From the NCBI GenBank assembly GCA_013239625.1, contig MU054212.1, forward strand, positions 8,976,898 to 9,040,897: a stretch of 64,000 nt of DNA. Direction: 5' to 3'. The notes under the pieces are model-generated. The model saw only the letters and a list, made by a program, of their open reading frames with translations, did no database searches and was not told the DNA's origin. The stretch comes from Lama guanicoe. Lineage: Eukaryota. Made by a program: the position numbers and the translations under genes. Positions 1 to 12,915 of the stretch are shown one piece after another; position 1 is the first letter of the stretch, and every line of letters begins with the position of its first letter.

Positions 1-580
1 GGTTGCCAGCAGGGCCAGCCATGTGATTAGAGGGTTGGAACTTTCCAGTTTACCCCCTTGACCTTCAGGGAGGTAAGAAAGGGTAGAGGTTGAATAAATC
101 TTTAGTGGCCAGGGATTTAATCAGTTAATCATGACCATGTAATGGCGCCTCCATTAAAAACTCAAAAAGGATGGGGTTCGGAATGCTTCTGGGCTGGTGA
201 CCACATGGAGATTCAGGGAGAGCAGCAGGCTTGGAGAGGGCATGGAAGAGCCTCGCCTTCTCCCCATGCTTTGCCCTGAGCATCTCGTCCATGTGGCTGT
301 TACATCCCTTTGTAATAAGCTGGTGATCTAGTGAGTGAGATGTTTCTCTGAGTTCTGGGAGCCACTCTAGCAGAGTAATCAGATGCAAGGAGGGGATCGT
401 TGGAACCTGTGATCTGTTGCCAGTCGGTTGATCAGAAGCAGGGGTAACAGCCTGGACTTGTGATTGGCCTCTGAAGTGGGTGGGGGCGGCCTTGCAGGAC
501 TACTTGTAGGGAGATAGGGTCAGAATTGAGTTGAATTGTAGGACACCTGTCTGGTAGTTTGAAAACTGCTTGCTGTCCAG
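1..580 (+). mobile_element. MER21-family LTR (MER21B/C-like), truncated by the window start
   Basis: Contains motifs I recall from the MER21 consensus: catgtgattagagggttggaactt, gatttaatca..aatcatg, ggagagggcatggaag, tttctctgagttctg, gtcagaattgagttgaattgtaggacacc. Confidence 0.8.
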
Positions 581-1589
581 GAACCCAAAAGAGCCACTCA
601 GGAGATTGTAAAACTGACAAATATTTAAATTTAATTTGTTTACTTCAGAAATGGGTTTCTTTGGTATTTTCTCAGGAAGAAGAATAAAAGGCAGTGAATA
701 GAATGTGAAAGTAAACAGAAAGGAAAGAAGCCGTGGAAGGGGGTAGGATGTCCTTTAAAGAGTGTTTCCGGGAGGACTCTCGGTTCTGCGGGGTATGGTG
801 TGAAGCTGGAAATGCACAGTGCGTGGTTTCCGGTGGCTCGGTGCCAGGCAGGGGGATGTGTATGGGGTCTGGGGGGGCCACTCGCTACCCCCACCCTGGG
901 TGGTCTGGGGTCTCCATGGAGCCATGAACCTTCAGTCTGGGTCCTGAGGATGGATGTAAGATGGTGGTGATTGGGGCTAATGACCTGATAGATGCCTGCT
1001 CTATGAAACAGAGCCTGCTTCACTTCTTTGAGGGGTTGGGGTGGATGCTCTTGGCCTCAGAAGTAAGAAGTGGATGACAACTGTCGAAGAACAAATGAAG
1101 AAGCCCGTGAAGCATCGTGAAGGGCGATCCGTGGATCCTCCCATGGCTGGCGGTGGAGTGTGCCCCAATGGGGAGTGCTGGCTCTGATTGTTCAGAACGC
1201 GGTGTGTGGCCAAGGCCTGGTGGGCGCCCTGTGCGGGCGGCATATGGAGGCTTTGAGAGCCCTTCTAGTCCTAGTGTCCCCTGTTCTTTGGTGGGCTTCT
1301 TCCTGCGTGGGTGAGCAGTGTGCCCTAGATGTCACCTGGGGATGGACAGGTGGATGGATGGATGGATGGATAGAAGGAGCACAGGGATTTGGGTCTGAAG
1401 ATTTTGTCTCAAAGCAGAGTTGGCGTCATTATGAATCATGACGCTCCCCCTGCCACGGCACCTGAGTCCAAGGGAGGAGGACAAACACCGGCTTCACGGC
1501 GCGTTTTGGGGGTTTGTGCTGCACTGAGTCATCCTCCGGCCCCATCAGCACGATTGAGCAGCTGCTCTGTGCAGGGCGCTTAATGTAGG

Positions 1590-1725
1590 TTATTCCATTT
1601 ATCCTCCTGACACATTCATTATCCTTACTTTACAGGGGAAGAAACTGATTCAGAGAGCTTTGGTAGCTCACCCAGGGGCAAAGAGCTAAATGGCAAAGTT
1701 GTATTCAAATCCACATCTGATTCAC
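1590..1725 (-). mobile_element. MIR SINE fragment
   Basis: tttacaggggaagaaactgattcagagag...attcaaatccacatctgattc resembles the antisense MIR core. Confidence 0.6.
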
Positions 1726-1894
1726 TATTCAATAGAAAAGTCCTGTTCTGTTACTTTTGACAAAGTTTTCCAGAGCAGAAAGGGAAGTTTCCACTAAGCA
1801 TTAAATGAACTGTCTTCCCACCAGACCCTGAGCGAAGCCCTCCGCAGATACCATCTCCTGTAATCCCGACCATAACCTCTGAGGGGGATTGCAG

Positions 1895-2462
1895 TTCCCA
1901 TTTAACAGATGAGGAGACTGAGGCACTTATGCTCTGATTACTTGGGCAAGGTCTCTGGGGGAATGACAGTGTAACTGAGCAGGACTCTGGAGGGCTTCCC
2001 AGGACAGACCCCTCCCCCATGTCCTCTACAGCAGCTCCTCGCTGAAGTTCCCAGACAACAGTATCTCATGTGTATTTCCTGAGTTTCTCCAATGCCAAAA
2101 AACCACCACCACAGAGAAGAAATCAACTACTTGATGATCATGAGCATGTGGCCCCCAGATCTTCTGATGCCTAAGTATTGATCACCATCAAGCAGTCAGA
2201 GAATCGTGCACGAGCTGATCATGTCCCCTACGATCCCCCTCTCTTACCTGACCTTTAAATATGCTTTGCTGAAACCCTTCGGGGATTTGGGGGTTTTCTT
2301 GGGTATAAGCAATCCCATCCTCCTTGCTCGGCCCTGCAATAAACCTTTCTCTGCTCCATACTCCGACACTTTGGTTTCTTTGACCTCATGGTGCGTTGGG
2401 CACATGGATTTGCATTCGGTAACAACAGAGCTGAGATGCTCACTCAGGTCTTCCTGACTCCA
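1895..2462 (-). mobile_element. MIR fragment split by the LTR at 1970-2424
   Basis: cccatttaacagatgaggagactgaggcac lies left of the LTR. The MIR resumes after the LTR as agctgagatgctcactcaggtcttcctgactcc. Confidence 0.6.
1970..2424 (+). mobile_element. Solo LTR, ERV1-type (4-bp TSD), 455 bp
   Basis: Starts TGTAAC and ends GGTAACA. TSD ACAG at 1966-1969 and 2425-2428. TATA-like TTTAAATA at 2254-2261 and AATAAA at 2338-2343. A homologous copy lies at 6097-6554. Confidence 0.9.
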
Positions 2463-2559
2463 CGGGCCTTGTGTTCCACCCCTGTGCTCTGCTGCCTGCT
2501 CTCACACTAGCTGGGCACTCGCTATGCTCCAGGAGTCTGCTGAGCCCTTCAAGGGAACA

Positions 2560-2970
2560 CAGCCCTAGAGTCAGACCTGCCCTCTGAGAAGCTGTGTGAC
2601 CTTAGGCAAGTAACCTCACCTCTCTGAACCTCAGTGTCTTCATGTATCAAGAGGGGATGGTAATATCTCCTTAGAGCATCATTAGAGGAGTAAATAACTA
2701 TTTCACTGGCTCCAGTGTTTAAAAGCAAAGCTTATATTGGGTATTGATTTGCGGGCTCAAAGAACAGGTGTGTGCTTTAGAATCAGACAAATTGGGCTTT
2801 GAATGCCAGCCCTGCCTCGGTGTGTCTGTGAGGAAGTTGCCCAAGTCTTTTAGGACTGTCTGTTTATTTATGACAGTGAGGACAAGGAGGGTCCTGGTGC
2901 CTCCCTCCTGGTGATGATGTAAGTATTCTTGGAGATAGTGTGTGAACAGGTCCAAGCATGCTGCCTGACA
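2560..2970 (+). mobile_element. Two MIR fragments
   Basis: gctgtgtgaccttaggcaagtaacctcacctctctgaacctcagt matches the MIR core. A second, more degraded copy spans ~2770-2970. Confidence 0.65.
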
Positions 2971-5900
2971 CAAGCACCTGGGGCACCTGGAATATCACCA
3001 TCATCGCAGAGTTTGTGTTTTGTTGCTTTACAGCTTGTGAGCGCAGCATCGAAATGTGATTATCGAGTGGCTCTTAAAGGGGACTACCTTTAGAGTATTT
3101 GATTCGTTCATAGATAGAACTGATGTGTATGAAATGCATGTCTTCTCTCCAATTCTTGAAGGACCCTACATTCCTTGTCTAGAACTGGATCGCAGAGTTG
3201 TATTAAATGTTAAACCACAGCCAGAAATTGTGGAATTCATAAATATGAAATGCAGCTAACACCCAACCAATGTATTTAGAGCATGTTTTACCAGCCGTCC
3301 TTTTCTGATTGGCAGACCGATTGGAAACTGCAGGGCAGTAAATTTCCGTGGACGTTGCCTTTGATGTTACACAATGGAGTTGGCCACACCAAGACCTGAA
3401 GGGCCATTTGGAGTGAGTCCCTGGTTCCTGTTTAGCCAGTGGCAACGGGGTCATTTTTGTGGTTCCTCTCTCTTCATTTATCCTGGTTTTCATACATTTC
3501 AGAATGCTCCAGTTTTGGCAAGCATTGGACAGCATGTTTACTGGAAAACTCTCATCTTCACTGAAATCCAGTGGGTTTTGTAATAGTGAAGTCAGTCTCC
3601 CTCCCCCGTCCTTTGTGTTCCCAGATCGTGCTCTCCTGGAGGCACTGAGAAAGTGGAGGCTGAAGCGTCTCAGAAAGCAAACAAGACAGTCAAACGTGTG
3701 AAAAGGAACAAAAACACGATGACATAATGCCTAGGGCTAGTTACATTGTGTAGTAATTTTAAAATTGAAACATTATGCTCTAAGCACTAAAAAGTAGTAA
3801 AAAAAAGTTCTATATGAGTTGATATTTACAAAAATGCTCAGAGAGATGAGCTGTTCCAATTGCACCTAAAAATACAGGCAATGTGTTTGTTTACAGCAAC
3901 CATACTAGTGATGGTAAACTTCTCCTACACACATGGCAGTAGTTCTGTCCGATAACCCAGGATCTGGAGGATTTTTTAAATGACTTGTTTGACCCAAGTT
4001 ACAGTAAAAAGCGGTCCCATGATGTCACACGTGGGCCTCTTTTGCCCCTCATCTCCCTGCAGTGAGCGGGCGACTCAGGGCGTCTGGGCATGGGGCATGG
4101 GTGCTGGGGTTGGTGAGGGTCATGTGGGGGCCAAGGATGGGCTGACCAAGCCCTTGGCCCCTTCACCAGGCATTGGCTCCAAGGCCACCGGCAAGCTCTG
4201 CAGAGTGCCCTGGAGCACTGTACAGCTCATCGGAAAGCCGTGAAAGCAATGACCAGCCCGTTAGGGACTCTGGAAAGGTGCTCCATGAAGCAGCCTAGCC
4301 AGGAATTGCCAAGGCCAGGGTGAATCACCGATAAAATTTGTGCTGTGGTTTTTTTTTTTTTTTTCGATGGAAGATAGCGAAATCTTAAAGAGACGTGTGT
4401 CTGTTGGGATGGCCTCACAGACTGCCCGGAACAGCTCAGGCTTCTCCAGGGCAGGAGTGCTGGGATGTGCCCCCTGCGGGTATTGGGATGGGGGTGCTCA
4501 GGGGCAGCTTGGCCTCGGCTTCTAGTTGTAGCCCTGCCTCCCCTCGACTGTCCTCCAAGGCTTGGGGTTCAGTCCTTTCTGGTGTCTGACTTGAGATCTG
4601 GACTTTGTTGGGGCTCTTAGGGGGCTGCAGGCTGTGGCACCTGCCTCGGAGGGGGGGCTGGGGGAATGGGGGGGTCTCACTCATGGTCAGGGCAGGAGGC
4701 TGCTGACTTGGGCCTTGGGGGAGGAATTCGTGATGTCACCTCCAAATGAGGCTGTGCCTAGAATCCAAGATTAAATATTTAAAACATACGAGTTTTTATT
4801 TTATGTAATCCTCCTTTGGCATGTTTTCATCTTTCTTAAACCCAATGGCTTAGAAGACAAAATAAGAAATCAAAAAAAAAAAAAAAAAAAAGACCTGGAG
4901 ATGTCCTGCTCAGGTCTGGGGCCCAGACTGTAGCTCAGGGTGTTGGTGCCTCTTCTGGGGAGGGTGTCCTGGTTGAGGGGCAGTGAGGGGTAAGGGAGGA
5001 GCCATGGGAGGCAGGATTCTGATTCTGCTAAGCATCGTCAGACAGCTAGACCTGGAACATGGCACTGACTTCTCCAAAAACGGAGACCCTCATGCTTCCC
5101 TTAGGAGCTGCTGAAGGACTGATGCGCCGGGAGGCTTTCTTAGGTCAAGAACCTGGCATCTGGCAGGATTTTGCATGAGCTTTGTTGCTGCTACTGCCAG
5201 AAATAGACAGCATCTTACGGGTGGGGTTGAAAACATCAGTATCATTTCTGTTACTGTAGCATGAGAGATAGCCAGCTCTCCACCTGACGTAGACAGTAAC
5301 TCACCAGCGTTTATGAAATGCCTCCTGGATGCCACCACTGTGGTAAGTGCTATAAAGGGAATAAATCGGCACATGGTGAGTGCAGTAGAAACATGAAGCG
5401 GTTCCCTCTTCTCTTGATTCTAACTAGAAGCTATGTGCTTCAAGTTTCCAACTCTGCCCTGCCTTCTGGATCTGTTGCTGAGATGTGCGCTGTGTCCCCT
5501 GGATTCCTGAACTTCATCTCAAGCATCTCCCATCTCCCATTGGAGGGGTTCCAGCCCACCCACCTCATGTCCCCAGGGCTTTTAGCACAATATGCTGACC
5601 ATTTGCCTCTTGCTTCTCCAGGTGTGTGATCTGTCCATGTCCTGTTTCCCAGTGATGCTGTGTGACCTTAAGGGCAGGAGTAGGGACATTCCTCTCTCTG
5701 GGGTGGAGGAGTTTCAGAAGAGGAGGGAGTCTGGGGCTTCTAGGAGCCAATCATAGAACTGCCCTGAGCCTCAATTTCCCCACCTGAACTTGGAGACATA
5801 GTTCATTTAAAAATTGGAAAATTCTCTGTATACATTTAAAAAGTATTTTGGGGAGGGTCTTTTTTTTTTAATAGTTTGGCCACATTGGGCTTTCTCTTAA

Positions 5901-6096
5901 ATCTTTTGTCTTTTTGTTGCGTTTTTCTCCAAGGATATTTGCTCATAAAAGTTTAATTATACTCTTTATTTCTCTCATCCTGACTCTGTAGCACACCATG
6001 TCTTTCTGACTTTTCCCTGATTCATAAACTAGATTTAAGGCCCAAACTAAGCAGAGAAAAACCAAACAAAACTCCTTGATATTCCACGTGCCTCCC

Positions 6097-6554
6097 TATT
6101 ACCAAATACAAGTTTATGTGCCCGATGCACCGTGAGGCCAAACAAACCGAAACATTGGAGTTTGAAGCAGAGAAAGGTTTATTGCAGGGCTGAGCAAGAA
6201 GGACAGGGTGGCTCATACCCAAGAATACCCCAAAATCCCCAGAGAGTTTCAGGAAAGCATATTTAAAGGGCGGGTAAGGGAGGGGAGTTGCAGGGTACAC
6301 GATCAGCTCGTGCACAAATCTCTGATTGCTTGATGATAATCAATCCTTAGGCACCAGAAAGTCTGGGGGCTGCGTGCTCATGATCATCAAGTGATTAATT
6401 TGCTCCCTTTAGTGGTGGTTTTTAGTATCGGAAAAAACTCAGGAAATATACATGAGATAACTGTTGTCTGGGTACTTCAGAGAGGAGCCACAGCAGAGCA
6501 CGTGGTGGGAAAGGTCTGTCCCGGGAAGGCCCCATGAGGTCCTGCTTGGTTACA
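6097..6554 (-). mobile_element. Solo LTR, same family as 1970-2424, 458 bp
   Basis: The reverse complement aligns along the full length of the 1970-2424 copy (roughly 80% identity by eye). TSD TCCC at 6093-6096 and 6555-6558. The terminal CA is mutated to TA. Confidence 0.9.
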
Positions 6555-6687
6555 TCCCTTGGTCTCTTGTTTCTTAGCTGGAAACAGAACACAGTGTGTT
6601 CTTAAGACTATAGCTCAGCCCCAGGAAAGACCCAGGATGACAGAGTGGGGCAGGCAGCCCTCCATTCCTGCCTGATCTTGCAAGGTG

Positions 6688-6688
6688 C

Positions 6689-6763
<75 letters not shown>

Positions 6764-6830
6764 TCCTTCCTTCCTTCCTTCCTTCCTTCCTTCCTTTCTT
6801 TTCTTTCTTTCTTTTCTTTCTTTTTTTTCC
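6688..6830. repeat. Compound (CTTT)19(CCTT)8 microsatellite within a 143-bp pure pyrimidine tract
   Basis: Read directly from the sequence. Confidence 0.97.
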
Positions 6831-9148
6831 TACCTTATACTTCAGGAGGGCAACACTGCCAGAGCCAAGAATTGAAGAAATCACCTCCTTATTTCCAAGC
6901 AAACTTACCTAGTTACTGTTACTGTCCTCTTCTGGGGCGCTGATTGTTAAAAATGTACACACAGCCCCTTGGATGATGCGGCATTGATTTGCGTTTTCCT
7001 CTGATGTGAGTACATCTCAGGGGAACCCTTGTGTCCCACTTTCCCTACTGCCAGAGAGAGCAGGGGATTCTGCTCAGCTCCCCAGGAGGACACTGTGGCC
7101 TCTGCTGTCCCCCTTCGTGGGTGGGTGGGGAGAAGGCAGTGAGCGGGTGCCTCTCCCTCTTCTTTGAGTGTTCGATTTTGAGGATCCTCCAGGTCTTTGA
7201 TCTGCCGTGGGCTTGCAGCCTGCCCCTGCGGTGGGCCAGTGATCTTTCCCTGAAATACTAGGGAGCCCTCTGGCCCCAGCTGCCAGGCCAGCTGTCTCCT
7301 GAGCCATATCGCGGTGCGGCTCCGTTAGTCCACCCGGGGTGCCTCTTTCCCCGTGTGCTTCTGAACTCAGGCGGGAAAGACCACACGTTATCCTGGACCC
7401 CCTTTAGCCCCAGAGAAGGCAGAGAAGGTCTCTGCTAATGGGGCTAAGGGGTTGGGGGTTTGAGCACCTTCTCCCTAACCCTTCTCCTGGGGGCGTAGAC
7501 CTGCATCGTCAAGCGGCTTAGAGAGATGCGCTGTGTCCACGGAAGGAAGGGATGACGTGTCCAGAGCGCAGCGCACAGGCAGCTGCTCCTGCCTTTCTTC
7601 CCTCAAAGCAGTGAGGCTGCGCCAGGCTAAATTAAAACTGGAGATGCCCTGAGCATTGTTCTTTTTAAGGCTGGAGTATTTGAGGTTAAAGAGAGGGAGT
7701 GAGTCTAAAATAAAATGTGACTCTGTCCGGGGCATGCAGCCAGAGGCCCTCTTGGTTCGCTGCTGTGGAGGAGGAGATGGAACCGGCTCCAGGGCTGGGG
7801 GTCCAGGGCTGGGGTCCTGCTCGGCGTGCATGATGCCCATCGTGCCGAGGGCTGCTGGTTTTGACTTTCTGGGAGCACGTTCTGTACCTTTGACATTTCT
7901 GAATAATATAACAAAAGCAATTTGGCACATCACCCTGACCTCAGCTGCTTTGTGTATCAAGGTGTGAACAAGACATGGTTTTGAGATGAAGGCATTTTCC
8001 CCAAACTTGCTTGAGAAAAGTCCCTTTGAGAGTGACTGATGTAGCAGAGGACACATGTTCACCAGTGATGGTGGTTCTGTGACACCTGGCGTGACTCTCC
8101 ACTTAGAGCATCCTGAGGGGGAGGAAGGGAGTTATTCAACTAATAAACTCTGGACCTGGACTAGTCAGATAATAAAATTGATGGAGAGATTGCAAAATTT
8201 GGGGGAAAATAATGCCTGGACCACATGGATCGATCACGTGTCACTCATGAGTGAAGCCAACTTGGAAAGATCAATAGCCCACCTCCGTGGACAGGGAAAG
8301 ACACTGCCTTAGCTTCCTTTCCTCTTGCCCGTGGAAGGTAGTCTGTGAATATTCACCAGTAATGATTGTTGCCTCTGCACTGGAAACTTGGAAGTTGGAG
8401 GGCAGACAGCTAGGAGCTCGTAGCCATCAGTAAGGGCTCTGTTCTGATGCTGGAGCCTCTCCCCGAGAGCACAAGGCCTGGGTTCACATGAGGTTGCCAG
8501 CACTTCAGGGAGGGGATGCCTCACTGCCATCACCAAGTTCAGGGCCTCTCCATGGAGTAGGTTTTGTGGACCACAGAGGCACTTGGTGCATGAGGGCAGA
8601 GTGTACCCACTTTTAAAGGGGAAAGCTCATGGGCGGGTAAAGAGAGGCCACTTGGCTGAAGGTTGGCCCTCATCGTACATAAGGGCCTGGATTGTGGACC
8701 CACAAGGAGGCATGTGGGTACCTGGGCAGTGTCGTGTACCAGGTTGGGGCCACCTTGCCCAGGAAGCTTCTTTACAACAGAAGGTTCTAAAGGAGGGATT
8801 GGGGACAGTGGCAAACTCAGGAAGTTGGAGCTCAGGCAAGTTCAGGGTCTCCAGCCACAGGGGAGTGCCCTGAGGGTGGCATGTCCTGGATCTTTGGAAG
8901 TCCTGGGAGCAGGAGCTGTGTAGCAGACATGCCCAGCTTGAGCCCCGAATCCACCACTGACCATAGTGTGACCTTGAACAGGTCACTTCATCTCCTGAGG
9001 CCTCAGGTGGGTCTTGTCGGGGGCTGATCGTCCCTGTGTGCACCTGCTAGACAGGGCGGGCTGGGAGTCTGGGCACGGATGCCCTCCCAGGCAGGCCGGG
9101 GGTCCCACCGCTCCGTGTCTGTGTCTGCCTTTGTTGATTCCTACTCAG

Positions 9149-9264
9149 ACTTTGGGGCTCTACTGAACTATCCCGCCACGCCGCAGGGAAGATGGCTCGT
9201 GGCCGTCCGTGTCCCCCACAGGTGAGCTAGCTCTGTCAAGCTCTGTCACAGCCTGGGGCCCGAG
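9149..9264 (+). other. Candidate exon with alternative donors after 9221 and 9264
   Basis: Acceptor ctttgttgattcctactcag|, donors CAG|GTGAGC and GAG|GTGAGT, locally CpG-rich, ATG at 9192 in strong Kozak context. Confidence 0.3.
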
Positions 9265-9334
9265 GTGAGTGCTGGTTGACCTGCTGCGGGGACGCTGGGC
9301 CCCGTGTGGGAGGGTGGACATGGAGCTGGGTCAC

Positions 9335-9510
9335 CTGTCTCATACCCTGGCTCCGCCACTAAAAGGCTGTGTGACCTTGAACCAGTGCCTTCTCTCTGCC
9401 CCTCGTCTCACCTGTTAAATGAGACAGTCCAAGGGTTGCTCGGGTGGAGTGGGGAATGAATTGATCCACGCCAGGTATTTAGAGCCCTACCTGGCACACA
9501 GTGAGGGCTG
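9335..9510 (+). mobile_element. MIR
   Basis: ctggctccgccact..gctgtgtgaccttga..cacctgttaaatg..cctggcacacagtgag. Confidence 0.7.
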
Positions 9511-10568
9511 TGTGAACGCGATGGGGCGGCTGTGATCGGCTTTCCAGCACAGTGCACAGCCGCGGGGTGGGTCTTAATATATCCATCGGAGTAGTAAGGG
9601 AGCAGAGTTTGGGATGATGGTGAGAGTCCAGCTGAAATATCAGACCGCGGAATCATCTCCCTTTTCTTCCTGAATCCCTCTCAAGTTTCCTTAAAGTGCT
9701 GGTAAGAGGTGGTGGCCAAAGCTGAAGTATCTGCTAACAAAGCTTGCCCTGAGCAGAGGACAGTGGAGAACGGCTTCCTGCCTTCCCAGACCCTGGCCCT
9801 CTGGCTGCTGACTCCGCCCCCAGCCCCTCCCCAGAGACGCGGCAGGGATGCAGCAAGTCTGCCTGCAGCCAGGGCCACACTTGACTGGAACCGAGCGGAC
9901 GCATCTCTTGCTTCTTTGTCTGGCTTTGTCTGCATTTCATGCTCTGGCAGCTAATTTGTGCCTCACCAGGAAGCAGACTATTTCTTTTTCGGGTCCTGGA
10001 ATGGCAGATGGGAAGGGCGGTTTTAATGAATTACTGTTTTCTTTTGGAGATTAAGCTTTTATTGTAAATATAATTGCAGACGCATAACCTTCTGGTGCTT
10101 ACATATCATTTGCCAATTAGGATAATGGGCCTGATAAGTCCCTTGGAGAGTGACAGGGACAAAGTTGAGCCTGTAACTCAGCTTGGGGGTGCTGGCAAGT
10201 GAAGTGCTCTGCCCACGGGAAGCACCCTGTATCAAGTCTGCCCATAATGTGCGTGTGCTGAGAGGTCTGAAAATACTCATGACCTTTGAGGACGGGAGAT
10301 TAAAGTGAGTAGGCAGCAGTGTGGCCGCCAGCCCCGGTCATTTGTGATGTGGTCACTCCGGAGCGTCTGCCACGCCCACCACGTGCTTCTGGGACGGCCT
10401 CAGGGCGGGAGGCTGTGCTGTGTAATTTTGGAGTTAAATCATTCACGTAATGTTGAAAGCATTTATGACGGATCTGGCTACTAATGTTGTGATGTTTCCA
10501 TCACTTCTTTTAGAGGACCTCAGTCTTTGGGGCACTTCCCCCTTTTTTGTTGTTTTGTTCCCTCTGGA

Positions 10569-10780
10569 GCAGAATATCTTGGCCTCAGCAGCACTGACAT
10601 TTTGGGCCAGATACTGATTTATTATGGGTCGTGCTGTGCATCGTAGGACGTTTGCTGGCAACCCTGGCCTCTGCCTGCTAGATATCAGTAACAACTCCCC
10701 TGCTTACGATGGCAAAAAATGCCTGCAGGTATTGACAAGTGTCCCTTGGGGGGCAGACCTGGCCCCAGAAGAGCCACAGA
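10569..10780. mobile_element. MER20 (hAT-Charlie non-autonomous DNA transposon)
   Basis: actgacattttgggccagata..gctgtgcatcgtaggacgttt..ccctggcctctgcctgctagat..aagtgtcccttggggggcag matches my recollection of MER20. Confidence 0.8.
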
Positions 10781-11539
10781 AGGACTGAGGAGCTGCAGTC
10801 AGGCCCACAAGAGCCAGTGCTGAAAGAGGAATCTGACTGATTAGACTGATCCACACCAAGACAACTGGTGACTCATCCCCTCAGGAAACCAGTAATCACA
10901 GAGCCCCAGTGTGTGCCCGGCACTGTGTCATTCCCAGAGAATATGAAGGAGACTGAGGATGATCTCTGAAAAGTTTAAGAAAATGGGTGTTTTGATGGGG
11001 CCAGAAGGCTTCCCCTTTAATTGTACTAACTGGGCCCACTCCTAACTCCTGACTGGGTTGATATTATGGCCCCCACACTGGGCAGATCTGGGTTCTGATG
11101 GGCTCCCCCGCGAGGGCAGAGAGCTAATCCGTTTGGATTCACAGGCCTGGGATGTACAGATAAATTGGTCATAGGAAAGGTCTGGGAGTTGCGCAGCTTG
11201 ATCAGAGCCTGGAAGGATTTTAGTAGGTAACACGGAGGGGCTGAAGATGCCCCTGGTGAAAAGATACATAGATGCACATGCACAGGAGTAAAGGCAGTTT
11301 GGCAGCAAAGAGAATCCAACCTACTTGGACAGAAGATCAAGGCAGGAAACAACGTGGGTGTGGGTCTGACAGGGTTAGGAGGGTGGTGTGGCTGAGGATT
11401 ATCTGGGTTTTCTGAGCTGTCAACTGGAGAGGATGCTGTCTGCTTCAAGGGTTCATTGTCAGTTTCAAACACGATGCTAAAATATTGGGCTGCCCAGATA
11501 AAGATGATTAATAAAGACTGTGTAGACAGGCTTTACAAG

Positions 11540-11750
11540 GAGACAGTGAGATTTCTTACTTTACTAAATAGAAAATAAGGAAATCATTGAAATCAGATTT
11601 TGAGCAGGGGAGTGATCTGATGGGAATAGGATTTGAGGAAGAATATTCTGGAGGTGGTATATAGGAGGAATTGGGTGGGGAGGAGCTCAGAGGTCAGGGT
11701 GGAGGAGAGGAGGCTGGTGTCACTGGCCAGAGGGGGTCTTGTCAGTGGGG
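11540..11750 (-). mobile_element. L2 fragment
   Basis: gattttgagcaggggagtgatctgat..aagaatattctggaggtggtatataggagg resembles antisense L2. Confidence 0.55.
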
Positions 11751-12644
11751 AGGGGCTCCAGGGCTATAATTGTGTGTGAAGTGTGATTGCAGGAGGCAGT
11801 GGCTGACTCCATGAGTGACTGACTGCGGTTAGACTTTTTCCTGTTTCCTAAAATGATTGGAAGTGATATGCAGTATTAAAATGACACAAAACAGTATCAG
11901 ACAAATATGGACCATGACAGATGATAGGGAACAAAGAAACAGAAGTGACCAGCATCTGGGGTGAATTTGTTACTGCAACTGGTCCTCAAACACCCTGGTA
12001 GTTTCATTGTAAAGGGAGGTCACTGCCTTAGAACCTAGAGGTTTCTCTTTGTTTGGGGTATCCCTTTGAGGTGGTCTGGAGGAAGAAACCAGTATTTTGG
12101 TTCTGATTTATTTAGATCATCATACAAAGGCACAGAAAATGTAGCTACAGGTTTTAAAAATCCACCCAGATCTTACGAAAATGGGTGCTTCTTATATTGA
12201 GCCTCTTTGGAAAAAAATGGAGGCCCCCTTTAAAATCCCGCCCCAATGGTCTGAGTGACATCATTTCTGTTTTGACCAGACCCTTCCTGAGTCTCAGCTG
12301 ATGCCATGCAGCATGGCGGGCGTGGGTTCTGGTTTTGTCTGTGGTTCCAAAGTGCTGGGGGGATGCTATACCGGTGCACAGATGTGTTTCAGTGAAGTTC
12401 ATGCAGGCTGAATTCTGCAGAGAACCAAGCTCACACTTTGATTTGAAGGAACCTGAGTAAGGGACAGAGAAGCCAAGAGGAAGGGTGAATACACCTGCCC
12501 AGCTGTCTGTCTGCCTCCAGCTGGGGCTGAGGCAGGAATTACTGCCTCCCTGGGCAAAGGCAGAACCTTGATGATTGGCTTGGGGTTTTGATGAAGAGGA
12601 ATCCATGTACTTTGTTTTTTTCTAGCTACTAAAAACTGTACTGG

Positions 12645-12915
12645 GGAGCGGAGTGTAGGAAGGAATAAACTGGGAGTTTGAGGTTTGCAGACACTAACTG
12701 ATGTATATAGAACAGATAAACAACAAGTTCCTGCCGTAAAAGCGCAGGAAACTATATTTGATATCTTGTAGTAACTTACAGTGAAAAAGAATATGAAAAT
12801 GAATATATGTACATTCATGTATGACTGAAGCATTGTGCTGTACACCAGAAATGGACACAGCATTGTAAACTATACTTCAGTAAAAAAAAAAATATATATA
12901 TATATATGTATATAT
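12645..12915 (+). mobile_element. Cetartiodactyl-type L1 3' end with A/(TA)n tail
   Basis: gggagtttgaggtttgcagacactaact..gaaaaagaatatgaaaatgaatatatg..tatacttcagt followed by polyA. The same sequence recurs at 21761, 48339 and 53137. Confidence 0.85.

Noticed and set aside
2206..6315. Similar ORFs at 2206-2457 (+) and 6022-6315 (-) suggesting paralogous small genes
   Set aside because: The similarity comes from the two copies of the same LTR.
6615..6912. K/E/R-rich and F/L/S-rich ORFs
   Set aside because: Translations of the (CTTT)n(CCTT)n microsatellite.
7475..8062. Longest ORF in the window (195 aa, - strand)
   Set aside because: No recognisable domain or exon structure, and overlapping ORFs occur in other frames. 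This is consistent with a chance ORF in GC-richer DNA.
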